64,000 bases of DNA from an uncultured delta proteobacterium. GTDB taxonomy: Bacteria; Desulfobacterota; Desulfomonilia; Desulfomonilales; Desulfomonilaceae. Location of the stretch: contig CAWBKB010000001.1 of NCBI GenBank assembly GCA_963789265.1, forward strand, positions 1,888,001-1,952,000. Direction: 5' to 3'. Shown here one piece after another: positions 61,919-64,000 of this stretch. The translations under genes were made by a program, and so were the position numbers. Each line of letters begins with the position of its first letter. Position 1 is the stretch's first letter. The notes under the pieces are model-generated. The model had not been told where the DNA came from, ran no database searches, and saw only the letters and a program-made list of their open reading frames with translations.

Positions 61919-63307
61919 ATGAATTTCAATTCTGCAGGAACCTCCAATGTCACGGGCCTCGCGATTTATCCAATGTTTGTTCGAGTCTTTCTGCGAGCCC
62001 TCAGCCTTATGCTCGATCCGAACAATCGCGCCGTCAGGAAAGGAAGGGGACTCAGTGTAGGAGACACTCTTTTTAACTTTGTGAAGTTGTCCTTTCTTGA
62101 GACCACAGTTTTGAAGTATCGCCACATGGTACGGTTCGGTGATGCCGTCATGCTGGACAGCACCTTCCCGCCCTTCCCTTCCCGGGCATTTGACAAAAGG
62201 ATCTCAAATTACCTTAATAATCTGGACCTAACGCAACTTCCATCGGGGATCGTCTCCATTTCCACAACGAACTGCTGCCCCTACTCATGCGCATTCTGTT
62301 CCACCAACGCACGCCACAACACAGAGACGGATCTGGACGAGGAATTGCTGAAAAAGACCATACGCCAGGTCGAGGATTTGGGTGTCCCCACCGTCATTCT
62401 GCACGGCGGGGAGCCTATGTTCCGCTACGACCGCTTTCTGAGGCTTGTGAAGAGCGTTAGTAACGAGACCTGTTTGTGGATGTTTACCACAGGCTATGGG
62501 GTCACCCCTGAAAGAGCTTTGGAACTCAAAGCGAACGGCCTGTTCGGCGCCTGGGTGAGCTTGGATCACTATAAACCTGAGGTTCACAATCGGCTCAGAG
62601 GCCATCCGGCAGCCTTTGACAATGCGTGCAAGGCCGTGGAAAGTTTCAAGAAGGCAGGCGTTTACACCTGCCTCTCGTTGGTCCCCCCGGAGGACCTGCA
62701 GGATCCGAAGAATTTTAGAGAATATTATGACTTTGCGCGAGATCTTGGAGTTGCAGAGATTCGAGTCATGGAAGTGAAGCCCTCCGGACGTGAAGCCTGC
62801 CGAGGAGTGATATCTCATAGCCCAGTCCTAGCGCAATTGCAGCAAGACCTGTACAGAGATCCGGCATATCGCTCGCACCCGCCCCTCAGCGGGCTCTCAA
62901 CTTGGCTTGAAAAGGATCCGGCACTGGGATGCCAGTGTCGCTTTGAATATCTGTTCGTCACCTCGACCGGCGAGGTCCAGCCTTGCGAAGCAACGGAAAT
63001 ATCCTTTGGGAATATACAGGAGGAAGATTTCCTCGAGATTTACACACGGGCCTGCAAAGCCTTTCCAAGACCTTCAACCGGTTGTATCCCGATGGTTATG
63101 TACCCTGAAGTCAGAAACTTTCACGAGGTTAGAGAAGAACTTTCCTCGCCTGAAAGATCCGAGCTTTCGACAAAGATAATGCAAGGCTTCCAAGAAAAGG
63201 GCGCCATCCCGGGAGCGTATAGAGCAATCTGGTCTGTGTACGAGAAGCGCCTCCGAGCATATCAGCTCCGCCTCGCGGGCCAAACCGCGAGGCCGGGGGG
63301 CCGTTGA
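61919..63307 (+). CDS. Radical SAM protein with SPASM/twitch-type C-terminus
   Basis: CPYSCAFC, GGEP, VSLD...HNRLRG, GCQC...TGEVQPC...FGNI; start uncertain (61919 or 61973). Confidence 0.88.
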   Translation: MNFNSAGTSNVTGLAIYPMFVRVFLRALSLMLDPNNRAVRKGRGLSVGDTLFNFVKLSFLETTVLKYRHMVRFGDAVMLDSTFPPFPSRAFDKRISNYLNNLDLTQLPSGIVSISTTNCCPYSCAFCSTNARHNTETDLDEELLKKTIRQVEDLGVPTVILHGGEPMFRYDRFLRLVKSVSNETCLWMFTTGYGVTPERALELKANGLFGAWVSLDHYKPEVHNRLRGHPAAFDNACKAVESFKKAGVYTCLSLVPPEDLQDPKNFREYYDFARDLGVAEIRVMEVKPSGREACRGVISHSPVLAQLQQDLYRDPAYRSHPPLSGLSTWLEKDPALGCQCRFEYLFVTSTGEVQPCEATEISFGNIQEEDFLEIYTRACKAFPRPSTGCIPMVMYPEVRNFHEVREELSSPERSELSTKIMQGFQEKGAIPGAYRAIWSVYEKRLRAYQLRLAGQTARPGGR

Positions 63308-63615
63308 GACGCGTTGCCATGTCTGGCAGAGCGTGATGGGCAATCCAGCGTTCCGAGCGGGGTGCATCGTCGCTAAATCATTCTTCTTTTCCAGCCCATT
63401 TGTGTGGGATTTGCTAGGGCCCGATCCGGGAGCCACGCGGACAGTGTTGATTGTGGGAGATGGTCAGTACCGTGGGCGGTAGATCTCGTTTTCACGGTTG
63501 GTTGCGAAGAGATATTGAATTATTGCTTGAAGCAATCGGCGGTCTGTGTTAAGCATATAGTGGCTGACATGGTTCGGACCCACAAGGGGTCAGTTCCCGG
63601 CAATTTGGAGGTAAC

Positions 63616-64000
63616 ATGCTCGGATTCAAAAAACCGAAAACTGATGCTGTAAGCGGATTTCTGGGTTCCCAAACTGAGTTTACAGGTAAACTTGCTTTTT
63701 CCGGAATAGTGCATCTTGACGGTAGCTTCAACGGCGAAATTATCAGCAGAGGCACGCTTGTTGTGGGGAGCGATTCGATAGTACATGCCCAAATTCACTC
63801 CAATGTTCTGAAAATATCGGGCGAAGTTCGCGGTGACGTCACCGCTACCGAAAAAATTGAATTATATCCGCCCGCCAAGGTCTACGGCAATATCTCCACC
63901 CCCAGTCTGGTCGTGGAGGAGGGCGTTATTTTCGAAGGGACGTGCAGCATGTCCTCCGCCAGGGCCGAAATGCCGTCAATTTCTGAGACCGTTCAGGAGT
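63616..64000 (+). CDS. Bactofilin (polymer-forming cytoskeletal protein), runs off the window edge
   Basis: Manual translation after GGAGG: MLGFKKPKTDAVSGFLGSQTEFTGKLAFSGIVHLDGSFNGEI...GEVRGDVTATEKIEL...VYGNISTPSLVVEEGVIFEGTCSM. Confidence 0.9.
   Translation, partial: MLGFKKPKTDAVSGFLGSQTEFTGKLAFSGIVHLDGSFNGEIISRGTLVVGSDSIVHAQIHSNVLKISGEVRGDVTATEKIELYPPAKVYGNISTPSLVVEEGVIFEGTCSMSSARAEMPSISETVQE

Noticed and set aside
63305..63376. TGA plus hairpin (TGCCA-TGTC-TGGCA) after the radical SAM gene as Sec read-through
   Set aside because: The extension would be about 23 unremarkable residues after a low-complexity tail, with no Cys-motif context; more likely a normal stop with a 3' hairpin.
44..63798. 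Numerous overlapping or antisense ORFs in the ORF track (e.g. 3812..4561, 7347..8258, 8021..8908, 53007..53711)
   Set aside because: They are shadow frames of well-supported genes in GC-rich DNA, with no recognisable motifs.

Overview
Chromosomal segment of an anaerobic deltaproteobacterium. Desulfobacterota, probably Desulfomonile-like, is an inference from gene content and synteny. In order: a beta-oxidation cluster with a divergent nitronate-monooxygenase/MaoC pair; a divergent pair of selenoprotein genes (ArsM-like methyltransferase and an exported peroxiredoxin); a decayed toxin-antitoxin islet; an old-yellow-enzyme; AddB/AddA-like helicase-nuclease; a ModF-like ATPase; a PAS-LuxR / CocE-family hydrolase / MFS module; two divergent outer-membrane beta-barrel genes; M32 carboxypeptidase; a five-gene RibD-ADH-PTPS-glycosyltransferase-methyltransferase cluster of unknown product; tsaE-lysC-cimA-comEA; DUF362; a membrane-anchored UxxC thioredoxin selenoprotein; a two-component system upstream of a sigma-54 operon (USP, TauE, TIGR02186, PEP-synthase-like protein, receiver, 3 USPs); an HdrA/QmoAB-like + HdrD-like operon; a radical SAM gene; and bactofilin. 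The ORF track misses three in-frame TGA codons at catalytic Cys positions, each followed by a SECIS-like hairpin. About eleven genes are split by single +1 insertions, most likely long-read errors. Many REP/REPIN-like palindromes lie between genes. No rRNA, tRNA, CRISPR array or intact transposase was seen. All family calls come from motif recognition by eye; no database search was run.
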